From Vicugna vicugna (lineage: Eukaryota), in the NCBI GenBank assembly GCA_013265495.1, contig MU057781.1, positions 932,001 to 992,000 of the forward strand: a stretch of DNA of 60,000 nt. The letters run 5' to 3'. This document shows positions 47,306 to 59,177 of the stretch, one piece after another; position 1 is the stretch's first letter, and each line of letters starts with the position of its first letter. Below the pieces are notes generated by a model. That model worked only from the letters and a program-made list of their open reading frames with translations, was not told where the DNA came from and searched no databases. The translations under genes were made by a program, and so were the position numbers.

Positions 47306-49229
47306 CTTCAATTTTGAGTGAAAACTACAAGAAAATGAGATAGTGACCCAAGAATTGGACCAGAGGAACTTAAAGTCCTGAGGCCACTTCCAAACGTGAC
47401 TGCTGTGTGGACATTCACATTGGTGCTTTCAGAGCATTGACCTGGCTGGGCCACGCACTGGAGGTTCTGATCCGTTGGCAGGCTGGCAAGGTGCTGCGAT
47501 TGCTCACAAGCCGCCTGGGTTGGATGTGGGGCCGAGGGCCACTTGAGCATGTGGGCTCCTGGTCCGAGCCGGAGTGGAGGGTGCTCTGGTCAGTGTTCCG
47601 GGGACTCCTCGGCAGCAGAGCAGGTGCCCCACTCACAGGCTCATGGCAGTGTCCCTCCCTTCTGTCCGGAGGCCTTGCGGGTCAGGGACACTGAGGAGAA
47701 CAGGCCATGGTCTGGGCCTCAGGGGTGCGGGGTCCCCGCTGCCAGCTGCATTCTCCTTCCCTCCAGGGCTGAGCCTGGGCTGCAGGGGTGGTGGAGGCGG
47801 GCGGTGGCCGTGGTGTGTGCTCACGCATGTGGGTGCGTGTGTGCTAGAGGCATGTTGTAGAGGACCTGACCCAGGTTCTGCTTGCCTGGGGAGACAGTAG
47901 GAGCCAAGGCATCAGAACTGGGTGGAGGAGTGTTGGGGCTGAACCCCAGCCATGTGCTGGGAGGGGTGTCACTGTCAGACCCGATGGCCTTTGCACTGGG
48001 GACCCAGCGGAAGGGCTGTGCTTGGTCACAGGGCATGTAGGTATACCTGTGTCGCCATGCTGCCCCCAGTGTCCACGCCTTGATGTGCGGTCAGGCAGTC
48101 CAGGGTCACACAGGGCAGCCTGAATCGTCCTATGTGCACGTATTCGGCTGGTGACCACGGGGGTACCTGCCGTACAAGTACAGTGCCCGCGGCCAGGGGG
48201 CGGCAACCTCGTGTGCTAACCTGCCCGTGCTGTCTGGTGGCGTCTGGTTCTCTCCACACATGGAGGTGCGTCTCCTTCACTGGGCTCACCTCCCGCCTTT
48301 CTTCCAGCTCCGAGTCTCAAGACCCCTGGGCGAGCAGCTTTGGGGCGACAGCCTAGGTGCCACCTGGAGCAGCCCGGCCTCTAGTCTCGCCATCTCTCCG
48401 TCTCTCCGTCTCTCCGGGTTTTAGGAATGCGGGGCACGGCCACACTTGCCCTTGGAGCCTGCCGCAGGCCCACCCTGCAGTGCTCACCTGGGCGGGGTTC
48501 TGGGATGGTGGCGAGGTGGGAGGTCAGGGCTGGTCCTGGGACGTTTGCACTCTGCCTTTGACTGCAGAAGGCCACCTAGAGCAGGGGTTTGGTCATGGAT
48601 GCGGTGGAAACGTGTGCGTCGGGCTCTGAGGGTTGGGCTCTGGGGAGGAGCAGCCGGGAGTTCACGTCTGGCCACGCTCCTGGAAGGCGTGGCTTGAAGT
48701 GGACTCCCCTTGTCCTCTGTGTGTAGGCTGTGCCCACAGGCCCTGGCATCAAAAGGCTGCTGAGATGCTGTCCTCCTGTGACGCCCCTCCTCCCTCCCCT
48801 GCGAGGGTGACAGAGGAGGCGGGGGTGCCCTTCTCTCTGTGCAGGAAGCGGAAGTGCCCGAACTTGGCCTTGGTGATGGGAAGCCCCACCCCTGGCTGGA
48901 CCCTGGCACTGTCTTTGCTGGGCGGGTGCCCAGGGCAGCCGCCGCGCCCCACTCTGCAGGGTCTGCAGGGCTCTTTCCATGGCCGTTTTCCCTTCGTTCG
49001 TTAATTTACCTGCAGTTTGGGCTTCTGGGTTTCCAGACACGTTAGAAACATCAGCTGGTAAGAGGCAGGGAGCGCCCGCTCGTGTGGCAGCCACGTGCTC
49101 TTGCCTCTTGGGCTGTAGGGGATGCATTTGGGCCCAGCTTGGGTCAGCCTGGACCCCCGGCTTCACAGCCTGGGCTCCCAGGGTTCTGCTCGGATTGGGG
49201 GCCTGAGTCCCAAGGGGTGGTGGGGTGGT

Positions 49230-49400
49230 TTTTTTGTTTTTTGTTCTGAATTGTGGTAGAAACACGTAGCAGTAGATGTAGCGTTTTCACCACCTTTACG
49301 TGTGGCCCTGCAGTGTTTTGGATATTCACGCTGTTGTCCACCAGATCTCCAGAACTTCTCCTCCTGCACACCTGCCGCTGCACCCACTGAGCACGCGTCC
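49230..49400 (-). mobile_element. L1MB-like extreme 3' end fragment
   Basis: T-rich tail followed by aattgtggtagaaacacgta...atattcacgctgttgtccaccagatctccagaactt. Confidence 0.65.
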
Positions 49401-49924
49401 CCGCCGTGACTCACGTCCACGTTCAGGACTGTGGTGACCTCTTAGTGCCTTGGCCATGTTGGGTTGGGTTGGGGTGGGCCCCATCCCTCGCTGGGTCCCT
49501 CTGGTCGCCCGGACCTCCAGCAGGGATGCATGGGAAGAGGCTGCATCCTCTGTCTTCCTGGGATGTGTGTGTGCCGAGCTGGCTCTTCCCAGAAGCATCA
49601 GAGGCTTGAAATCTGTGCACCTCGTTCCACGTTCTCGAAAGCAGCCCCGAGGCCCCACGCCGCCCAGCCTGGGTGTGGGCATCCTCGCCGGGGACCTCCT
49701 GGGACGGAGCAGGGCTGGAGGTCAGCCTGGACCCGGGGCTGCAGTGCCTGCCCACTGCCAGGAGAGGCTTGTCCTCGCTCTGCCCTGTGTCCCTGGACAA
49801 GCTGCAGCTCAGGCCCCGTACAGGGGCCCCGCACCCTGTGTCCCGCCCCCGCCCCACAGTGAGGACCACAGATAGGTCCTTGTCACATTGGCTTCTGCTC
49901 GTGGCTGTTGGGCTGTGTCCCTGA

Positions 49925-49956
49925 TCTGACTGTCTTCTTTTTTTCTTAATTTATAG
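49925..49956 (+). promoter_or_regulatory. Splice acceptor of INPP5A exon 2 (branch point, polypyrimidine tract, AG)
   Basis: tctgAc (A at 49929), then tgtcttctttttttcttaatttatag. Confidence 0.9.
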
Positions 49957-49998
49957 CCAGAAAACCTCCAGAAGAACTGGCTCCGGGAATTTTACCAG
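49957..49998 (+). CDS. INPP5A: INPP5A coding exon (exon 2, 42 nt, phase 0/0), type I inositol 1,4,5-trisphosphate 5-phosphatase
   Basis: CCAGAAAACCTCCAGAAGAACTGGCTCCGGGAATTTTACCAG translates to PENLQKNWLREFYQ, identical to the recalled INPP5A N-terminal sequence ...SLFDD-PENLQKNWLREFYQ-VVHTHK.... Flanked by ttatag and gtaagc. Confidence 0.96.
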
Positions 49999-52900
49999 GT
50001 AAGCACGCCGTGCAGCCGGCACACCCCCGGGGGAGGGCTCAAGTTTCGTCCCGGCGGGTGGGCATCCCACCTGCTCCCCCATGGTTCCTCCTCAGAGGCC
50101 CTGCCCCTCAGATCCTCCGTGGGCTGGAGTCTCTGCTTGTCCGAGGGGTCGCGTGGGTGCCTTTCGTGGGTCCGGGTCTGGGTTGCTGAGTGAAGGCGGC
50201 GAGGCCCTGCGGAGGTGCTGCTGGGGGTCTGGGCTGAAAGTGCGGGGCACCTGCTGGGGGAGGCCGACGCGGGGCGGAGGCCCTGGGAAAGCCTGTTGGG
50301 ACGAGGGGCCAGGTTCTGGCGCCTTCTGTGGAGCAGCCGTTGGTCGAGCCTCTTGTCTGTGGTGGGCTTTGTCCTGGATGCGAGGGCAGCTCTGGAGGGC
50401 CGGTGGAGGGCTCTGCCACCGGGGGAGCCCGTGTTCTGTGGGGTGTGGTTAGCACAGCCGGGAGCAGCTCCGAAGTCCCCCACGAGCACCAGCCTTGCTG
50501 TAACGGGGTCCTTGGCAGAGCGCATGGGGCTCCTGGTGGGGCCTGGAGAGTCCCCTCTAAGAACTGCTGGGTGAGAAGGGTGCCCTGCGGGGTGACTGTG
50601 GGCAGCCAGGAGGTGAGTGTGACTGCAGCCCAGAGGGCCACGGAGCAGGGACAGTGTGGGGCGAGGCGGGACCAGGCCGCCTGGGCCTGGGGGTGGTCGG
50701 CTAGGAGGGGCTCCTCCTGCAGCTCTGAGCCCAGGGGTGTGTTGTGTGAGCAGGAGGCAGTGCAGATACTGGGGGGTGACCTCAGGGCCCAGCCGGCTGA
50801 GAGCCCAGGGGCTGAGGGGGCGGCACCATGGCGGGTCCAATTGGGGTGGGCTCTGTGCTGGCTGTGCGTGAGGTGCTGTCTCGGGGCTAGGCCTGAGCAC
50901 AGGTGGAGGAGTGTGGGCCCCTGCAGTCCATGCTGCACACTGGGGGGCGGCCACCTGTCAGGTCTGCCAGTCTGAGCTGTGCACACCCCCGCAGATGCTT
51001 GGGTCCCTGGATACCCAGGGGAATCCAGAGGGAAAAGCCTTGGGGCAGGCCTTCCGGTCCCTCATGTCCCTCGAGGCGTATCTGCCTGGGCTGTTTGGAG
51101 GTGGTGTCCTCTGCTCACCCACCAACGGGTGTTGTTTCCAGGTGTCGTGCTCAGTTCTCGGCTGGGAGGGGAGGTGGGTCCCGAGGCCTAGGAGGAGGGG
51201 GCACCTGGAGCGTACTTTGGGATGGGGCGGGGACGAGGCCGTCAGAAGGAAGGTCCCCGGTGGTGAGGTGGGCTCATGTCCCCAGCACCGGGGGGTTCTG
51301 AGACATCCTTCCCCATCCTGAAACCCAGCATCAGGGTCCCGGGCCCAGGCCCGGCCTGGCAGACCTGTTGCTGCGAGAGCTCCAAGCAGGCAGCTGACCG
51401 ACGGGGAGGGTAAGGCCCCTTCCTGACCGCGTGCTCACCTTTGGGGTTGGCCAGGCTCTGGTGGCTCCCTCGGCCTGTGGCCGTGGAGCGAGGCCCTGGT
51501 GTGTGGCTGCAGGCCTCCTGTCCAGCTCGCTCAGCTCCCTGGTCTGTGTTACTTTTGCCCAGAACAGCTGCCATGTTTGTTGGTTGGTTTTTCAAAGCTG
51601 GGTCTTGGAGGGGGAAGTGTGGAGAGGGCACATCTGGTTGGGGGTCAGTGAGCAGCTGGCCTGGCTCCGCACTGGGAAGGGTCCTGGTGGTGATGGCTCC
51701 CAAGGGAGCACGTGGGGAGCCTGTTCAGGTGTGGGGGCCGTCTTGGGTGAGAGACCCCTGAGGGGTGGTGATGGGGAGCCGGCCGTGGGACCTTGTCTTG
51801 GCAGCCCCAGACCGAAGGTGCGGGGCTCACCACCAGCCCTCCTGTCCCTCTTGCAGTGATGCTGTCAGCTCTCCAGGCAGCTCTGCACAGGGAGGGCTGG
51901 CAGCAGCCCGGGGTGGGTGAGTTCAGAGCCGGTGGCCCTCCCTGCTGTGGACTCTGACCCCCTTCTGAGCCCCCTGCTGCCCACGCAGTGCGTGGGGCTG
52001 CTCCCGGACCCCGGACCCCGGACCCCGGCGATGGGCAGGCAGTGGGGCTTCCCTCCAGGCCTGTGTCCAGGAGCTGCGTCCACTCTGCCTTGGCAGAGGG
52101 GACAGAAGAGAGCGAGCGAAGGTGCTGTGGGTGCTTTTTTCTGGTCTGTAAGCAGGAGCTTCTTCACAGGGAAGAGATTTCAGTGGCAGTTCTTAAAAGG
52201 AAGATTGTAACACAAGTCGTTTCCCTCGCCCCCGCCCCCGCCCCCAACACTCTCTTGGGCCGGCTTGGTCAGCGAGGTGCACGGCCAGCTGCCCGCAGCG
52301 CAGCCCTGGGAGGGGGACACAGAGCAGGCCCTGCCCGGGACACGGCCCCGAGACACAGGGTGCCCGGTGTGGCCCTTTCCTGTTTCTTTTTTAAATCCTA
52401 GGGTTTCTACTATGCAGTTATATTTTTCTAAATAGACTTTAATGAGCTGCCTTTATAAACAGAACTGAATATGACCTTCCTGCTTTCTAGAACCCTTGGA
52501 ATAATTTTTGCTTTCTTGTACAACTTGATCAAAAGACGGAAGGCAGCAGAAAATGCTCATTGTGCTTCCGTCCTTAGTTCTGATTTTCACGTGTTCTGTC
52601 CTAAACGTGGCCACAGCACCAGAGAGGGTGGCCAGGCTTCCAGGAGATGCAGACCCTGGCGTCACCCCAGCCGGCCTCCCTGCGCCTCCCTGTGCCGCGC
52701 ACCCGCCGCGGCTCTGACCTCTCCCGGGCATCACACTCCTGCTCCATCACTGGTGACGTGGCAGTCTCCCCGGTCGAACGCCCAGGCCTGGTGCGGGAGC
52801 CGCTCCCTGCCCTCGCCCCCTCGCCCCCTCTGGGCAGCAGCAGGCCTCAGTCCCCTTTCACCCGAGCATCCCCCTCAGTCCCGTCCCTTCTCTGGGAAGC

Positions 52901-53194
52901 AGCAGGGGCTCTAGGCAGGTGTGACCAGGTCCTCCCACCCTCCTGCTTCCGTCTCGCCGGCTGAGAACCCAGGGTCCGAGCAGCGACCTCCGGGTGGCCC
53001 ACCCCCCGCCTCCCTCTGTCTCTGCTTTGTCCCCCTGCCCTGCTCTCCCTGGACCCCTCCCGGTCGCCCCTCGGCCTCCCCAGTACTTACAGTGCTCTGT
53101 GGAGTCCCCGCGGCCTGAGCCTGCCTCCTGCATCCACTGGCTGCGTGGTGACTCCTCTCTCCCGCTGGAAGTGCAGGCCCCACCTCTGCCGCTG

Positions 53195-53560
53195 GCTGGC
53201 TGCTCGTGTCCCCCCGCCCCCAAATTCATATGCTACAGTCTAACCCCAGTGTGGTGGCGTTTGAGGTGGGGCCTCAGTGAGGTGTTAGGTTCAGAAGAGG
53301 TCAGGAGATGCGTGTCCTCAACGAAGAGGAGGAGACCCTGGCCCGAGTGGTGCTGGGGGGCCTGGCACCCCCGCCCTCGGAACTCCCATTGCCCTGTTCA
53401 GAGACAGCTGGAGACCGCCAGGGTGGCCCGGGGCCGGGTGCTTGGGGGGCCCTGGCAGGCACGGCTGTTCTGCCTCTGATGGCAGACCCTGGTGAGGCCT
53501 GGTCCTCAGGTTCTCGTCTGCACGCGAGCTCCTGCTTCGCATCCTGAGCGCGTGGGAGGG
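53195..53560 (+). mobile_element. MaLR LTR fragment (MLT1A/B-like), GC-shifted 3' half
   Basis: gtgtccccc..ccccaaattcatatgct...ctaaccccagtgtggtggcgtttgaggtggggcct...tgtcctcaacgaagagg. Confidence 0.7.
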
Positions 53561-53769
53561 CGGGTTTGTGGGGGGTGCTCCGCTCTTGGCTGAGTAACAG
53601 TCAGGGTCACTGCGCAAGGCAGACGGGCGTGAGTGAACGTCCCCACCCCCACTCCGCCTCTAGTGCGAGGGCACAGCCTCACACCTGCCGTCTGCGTTCC
53701 CCGGGGAGGGCGTCTCCCTCCCCTGCCCCAGGTCTGTGCGCTCGGACAGCTGACTGTTTGGTAAACTGG

Positions 53770-53915
53770 GAACTGTTTCTTTGTAGATTAGCGTGCACTG
53801 TTTTAATGGCTTCACAGTCTTACATCAAATGGACGGACAGGCCATCGTTCTTTAGTCATTTTTCTAATGATGGACCATAGCTAGTTTCCAGTTTGTTTAT
53901 AGTAATGCTGTAGAT
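53770..53915 (-). mobile_element. Ancient L1ME-like 3' fragment
   Basis: ttttaatggcttcacagt...ctaatgatggacca...gtttccagtttgtttatagtaatgctg. Confidence 0.5.
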
Positions 53916-54599
53916 AAAATTTAAAACAGATACAATGTTGACTCACATACAAATGTGAAAAATCAACAACTGTTGAAGATTTTTTTTATTGAGATAATAA
54001 ATATTTGTTATTTATTAATGAGGGAACCAGTAGGATGTTAGAACTGGTTCGAATAAGAATCCAAATTGCAAAGCCATGGCTTCACCTGTCAGCAGCGCGG
54101 GGGTGGATTTGCTTCAGGGACGCGGACCTGGCCAGTGATCGGCTGGTTCCGCCGGACACTGTGCGTTCCCGCGGTCGGCGTCACGGCTGTTGTTTAGAAT
54201 TCACAGGTGTGCAAAACAGTTCAGAGGTAAGGCAGAGGTAGCCCAGATGCAGGCGGGCACTCCCTAGTCTCTCACGGTTTTTCCTGACAATAACTGAAAA
54301 AATCACATGGTGAGTAGTATCTGCTTCCAGCTAACATGGAGGAACAGGTACCAAATTTACCCTCTTGCCTTAAACAAATGAGAACCAGCAAACGTAGGTG
54401 AAACAAGTGTCTTCAGACCCCAGGCAGCGGGCAGTGGCACGGAGACGCGGACGGAAGGTCAGCCCTGGCGCCTGAGAGCGTGTCCCGGCTGGCACCCAGC
54501 AAGGTAACGCTGACAGCTGGTTTGCTGACAACCGACCAGAAACTACCGGGCGGGCAACGGAGCAGGGAGATAGGATCTGGTGAGGAGGAGGTCCGGCAG

Positions 54600-54762
54600 C
54601 GGTGCGGCTGGAGGTCTGTCCATCTCACTGCTCTCGGAGACCCTGCTTTGGCCTGTTGTTTCTCTGTTTTCTCTTTCACTGACTTCTGCTCTGTATTTTT
54701 TCCTTTCTTTTGATTACTTTGGGTTTCCTTTGCTCTCCTATGTCTAATTTCTGAAGGTGGGA
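54600..54762 (-). mobile_element. Inverted L1 ORF2 segment abutting the sense L1
   Basis: Reverse complement tcccaccttcagaaattaga...agagcaaaggaaacccaaagt...cagagcagaagtcagtgaaagagaaaacaga...gacagacctccagcc matches the ORF2 EN-RT linker. Confidence 0.75.
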
Positions 54763-55312
54763 GACAGGAATGACCAACTGCAGAGATTTGACACGGGCAT
54801 CATCACTAACAATCCTACAGATGTTGAACTAGTGATAAGGCTCGCATTGTGGACAACTTTTTGCCAAAAACATAGTTTTCAAAAAAAGAATCAAAACTAA
54901 GTCAGAAGAAATAAATGAACCTTCTATTTATTAAATTAAAGTTTTGCCCAATGCTTTTTCACAAAAAAACTCTCCAGGACCAGATGGTTTCACTGACTAA
55001 TTCTGACAGACATTTCAGCAGGAAGCAATAACCATTCTCTAAGCCCTTTTCAAGAAGACTGAAGCGTGGGTGATACTCCCTGACTCACCTGTGACTCGAG
55101 CAACACCCTGACATCAAAGACAGACAGAGGCATTGCGTAATAAACATGCAGATCCGCATCCCCCATGGAACAAATGCAGAATGTCATGGGCATTTAGCAA
55201 ATCAAACGCATAGAACTATTTTATATATAAAAACGTGAGATACACATACACACACATATAAACAATAACATATCAAAAAGTTAATACAACAGCACCAAGG
55301 AATGCAGGCCTG

Positions 55313-55773
55313 AAAACAGTGCCATTTGCAGCAACTCGTCTGGACCTGGACATCGTCGTTCTGAGTGTAATAAGCCAGAAAGAGAAAGACAAGTACCATC
55401 TGATATCACTCATGCGTGGAATCTAAAACAAAACAAAACAAAAAAAGAAAAAAGAGGACACTAATGAACTCATCAACAAAACAGAAACAGACTTGCAGAC
55501 ATAGTGAACGATCTTATGGTAACCAGGGGAAACGGGGTGGGAAGGGATAAGTTTGGGAGTTCGAGATTTGCAAATATTAACTGCTATATATAAAAATAGA
55601 TTAAAAAATTCTTCTGTATAGCACAGGGAACTATATTCAATATCTTGTAATAACCTTTAATGAAAAAATCAAAAACAAATATATGGCATATATATGCATG
55701 ACTGGGACATTATGCTCTACACCAGAAACTGACATATTGTAAATGACTGCACTTCAGTAAAAGAAAGAAATAA
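55313..55773 (+). mobile_element. Young 5'-truncated L1 3' end (461 bp) nested in the older L1
   Basis: 16-bp TSD aaggaatgcaggcctg (55297-55312) / aaggaatgcaagcctg (55774-55789). The body is homologous to the L1 3' end at about 25640-26057 (gccatttgcagcaac, tatagcacagggaact). Confidence 0.92.
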
Positions 55774-56943
55774 AAGGAATGCAAGCCTGGCTTAACATTC
55801 AAAAATTAATAAGTAGGAGTAACCATGTCAACCAGTTGAGGAAGAAAAACCATAAGGTCATCTCAATAGATACAGAAAAAGCACTTGACAAAATTCTAAA
55901 ACCATTTCTGATGAAAACTTCCAGCAAACTAAGAACAGAAAGGAAGGCCTGCGATCCGGAGGGAGCCCTGCCAGCCCCACAGCTGACAGCGCACCTTGCG
56001 TGGGAGGCGGGTGCTTCTGCCTGAGGGCTGGGGTGGGGCGGGATACCCCGTCTCAGCTCTGTGCAGTGTGGCCCTGAAGGTCCTCGCCGGTGCAGTAAGG
56101 CGGGAGAGGAATAGCCACCCAGACCTGAAAGGAGGAGGTCACATTCTGTCCATTGGCAGAAGCATGACTGGCTATTTAGGAAATCATGAGGAATCCACAA
56201 AAACTGCGCTATCACTAATACAAGTGAATTTATTTAGTTTGCAATATACAAGGTCGATTTGGAAACATCTTTTTAATTTTAGTTATGAACATTTACAGTA
56301 GCACCAAAATGAAATACTTGGATATAAATCTAATGAAATATGTTAATATCTGCACACTGAAAACTGCAAAACACTGATGAAGGAACTCAGGGGAGATCTG
56401 AAGAAATGGATGTTCCTGGATTTGAAGACTCAATTATGTTAACACGTCAACTCTCCACTAATTGAGCCAGCAGTTTAATGCAGTTCCAGTCAGAATCTCT
56501 GCAGGATATTTGGGTAGAAGACTGCAGGATGGTTCTAAAGTGTACATGGCGGAGCAATGGGACTTGAATAGCCAAGGCAGTTTGGGGGGAAAAAACCAGT
56601 AAAGTTTAAGGACTCAGACTTTCTCAGTTCAAGACTTACTGTTAACCTACTGCAATCAAGTCAGTGTGCTTGTGGCAAAGGACAGAGAAATGGATCAGGG
56701 GGACAGCAAAGAGATGCAGCGATGGACCCTCAAATACGCCAAGTGATTGACAGGGGTTAAGGAGAATTCCATCAGAAAAAGGACAGCCTTGTCAAAAAAT
56801 GGTGCTGGGACAATTGGACATCCATTTGCAAAATAATTTTTCCATACTTTGTACCATACAAAACAATTAAAATAGGTTGTAGACTTAAATGTAAAACCTA
56901 AAATTATGGAAGTTCTAGAAGAAAACAAGGCAAAAATCTTGTG

Positions 56944-57065
56944 GGTGGCAAGTAGACTTGTGGTGCTGATCACTCTGCAGTGTATGCAGATGTTGAATGA
57001 CAACACTGCACACCTGAAATGTAAATAAATAAATTTAGCTCTGAGTTCCCCCCCAAGCGCCCCCC
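56944..57065 (+). mobile_element. Short L1 extreme-3'-end insertion nested in the older L1
   Basis: tagacttgtggtgctgatcactctgcagtgtatgcagatgttgaat...cacacctgaaa is an L1 3' terminus. It interrupts the host at atcttgtg / atctttgtg (probable TSD). Confidence 0.65.
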
Positions 57066-58059
57066 GATCTTTGTGACCTTGAATTAGGCAAAAATTTCTT
57101 AGATGCAATGCCAGAAGCATAATTCATAAAAGAAAAATGTTGGTAAATTAGAACTTTTCATAATTAGGAACTTCTGCTCTTTGAGACACTATTAAAGATG
57201 AAAAGACATCACCGGTGTGGGGGAGATACTTGTAAATCATCTCAGATACATAAGGAACTCTCCAAAGTCAATAATAAGAAAGCAAAGAACCCAATTTGAA
57301 AATGAGCCAAAGATTTGAATAGACACTTTACCAAAGACGATACACAACTGGTAAGTACACATGTGAAAAGATACTCAGCGTCGCTGGTCTTTCAGGAAGT
57401 GCAAATTAAACCCGCAGTGAGATACCGGCACGTCTCTGTTAGACGGGGTGGCATTAACAAAACCCCACGGTACCGTGTTGACAAGGATGTGGCGCACCTG
57501 GCGCCTGCTGGCGGGAATGCAGAGGGGCACGGTCACTTGGGAAAGTCTGCCCGTTTTTATGAAGTCAGCATAGTCAACACGTGACCCACGGTTCCCACCC
57601 TGTTTACCCTGGACATGGATGTGTCTGTTCACACGAAACCTGAAGCCGCGTTCCCAGCTGCTTTCTCTGTCGTCCTCTGTGAGAAGCCAGCCTCCAGGCT
57701 GCAGGGCTGGGTTCCTGCAGGACGTGGGGCCCGGGGCGGGGGCAAGCCAGCGCACTGGGGCCTTGCAGCCCTGGGCTCAGGCAGGTCCTTGTCCTTTCTG
57801 GCCCCGCTCACTGCTGTGGACTCAGCCCGAGGTGCATGGTGAGGGGCTCAAGTGTGAACAAACACCTTTCTAGAAATTAATCTCAAAAAGAACAGCCTGG
57901 AAGCAGGGCTGCCAGCTCTCGCCTTGTGTGGAAACTGGTGTGGCCCCTACTTCCCAAAGACACCCCACTTCTTTCTAAGCAGAGTCTGCTGATGTAGCCG
58001 GGGCTTGGACTCCTCACCACTCCGGGAGGAGGCAGTGTAGCCAGGCCCCCATCACAGGC

Positions 58060-58220
58060 CCAGGGCTCCCGACCCAGTGCCTCCTGCCCCCGGCTGTGTG
58101 GCTGCAGGCGAGCTCCTTAACCTCTCTGTGCCCGCTCCTGGCGACAGCAGTGCCTGTGCCTGGGGAGCCCCGTGGGGAGTGGTAGGGTAACTGCAGGTGA
58201 AGTTTAGGCCCTGAGCTCCT
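58060..58220 (+). mobile_element. MIR SINE fragment
   Basis: gctgtgtggctgcaggcgagctccttaacctctctgtgcc resembles MIR (gctgtgtgaccttgggcaagttacttaacctctctgtgcc). Confidence 0.6.
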
Positions 58221-58518
58221 GTGAACAGGGACGAGTCAGGGTCCCCGCTGAGCTGCTGGGTGCCAAGCCGCTGTCCTCCTGCTCCGGACCTGTCTGGCCG
58301 CGCGCTAGGGTTGGGGACGGACGGAGGAGAGCTGGCTGACTGGCTTCTTCCTGGACAGGTGGGTGGGGACGGCTCTTCCGAGCTCCGAGTACTTGAAGGA
58401 GTCACAGAGGAAAGGACTGATGGGTTTGAATCAATAAAACTCAGTTTTGAAAAACATTGTGACAAATGGAGGGGGACACGTGAGCTGCAGGAGAAAGTGG
58501 CCTGAGGCCCATCCTCTG

Positions 58519-58800
58519 CAGTCTGCCCAGCGCCATCCAGGAGGGGCGGCCCGGGGAGCGGCACGTGGAATTCAGGGTTTTCTAGGTGAGAAGAAGTGGG
58601 TGAAGTTAATTTCAAGAACGTTTCATTTAATCCAGTATGTCTAAAAATTACCGTCTCGACCTGGTCGATCCGTTGCCGAGGCGGAGTGTGTATTTCCTGC
58701 TACCTCTGGTTCCCGAGTCGCCTCTCCGAGGGCCCGGCGCCCAGCGCAGCTCTCCCTACCTGGGCGGCTCCTCCGGGTCCCCGTGCCAACAGAGCAGCTT
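58519..58800 (+). mobile_element. MER33-like hAT-Charlie MITE with GC-shifted ends
   Basis: ggtgaagttaatttcaagaacgtttcatttaatccagtatgtctaaaaattacc matches the recalled MER33 core (ggtgaaattaattttaataatatattttatttaacccaatatatccaaaa). Confidence 0.7.
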
Positions 58801-59177
58801 TGCCCCTGGAACTGAGAGAGGTGGGCCCACCCGCTCGGTGCCCACTGGCGTGGCAGCACTGGCGTGTCCAGCCGCCCTTCTGGAAAGTGCTCCGACCCCG
58901 GGGCTCTCTCTGAGGTGACCGTTCGGGAAACCCACGCCCACGGGGCCTCGCGGCTCAGCCTCTGCGGTCTGTTCGTCGGGCTTTTGATGGTCAGGAGTAG
59001 CTTGCGTCGTGTTGCTCACTGTAAATATTTGATGGCAGTTACTTAAGTTCACAGGCATAGACGACAACCGGCCGCAGGCTTCGGGTGATCTGTGTTCTGT
59101 GTCCTCACGTCCTGTTTCCTTCGGCCTCGTAGCTGCGGGGTGGCCGGCGCTTGTGGCCCTGCGGTGGGGACGTTCTC

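Larger units (their letters stand above)
1..49956 (+). other. INPP5A: INPP5A intron 1 (3' part; canonical exon 1 lies upstream of the window)
   Basis: Ends in a branch point/polypyrimidine/AG acceptor before the PENLQKNWLREFYQ exon. The exon-1 peptide MAGKAAAPGTAVLLVTANVGSLFDD (recalled) was not found in the ORF track. Confidence 0.85.
54763..57700 (+). mobile_element. Old sense L1M ORF2 relic (about 2.9 kb including nested insertions)
   Basis: ORF 55779-56024 MQAWLNIQKLI...KNHKVISIDTEKALDKI (RT domain) and ORF 57315 MNRHFTKDD...VQIKPAVRY; ccaggaccagatggtttcactg. Confidence 0.9.

Noticed and set aside
49992..50986. Overlapping 320-aa and 292-aa minus-strand ORFs and a 215-aa plus-strand ORF
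   Set aside because: Several frames are open at once, which indicates stop-codon depletion from high GC. The peptides are low-complexity.
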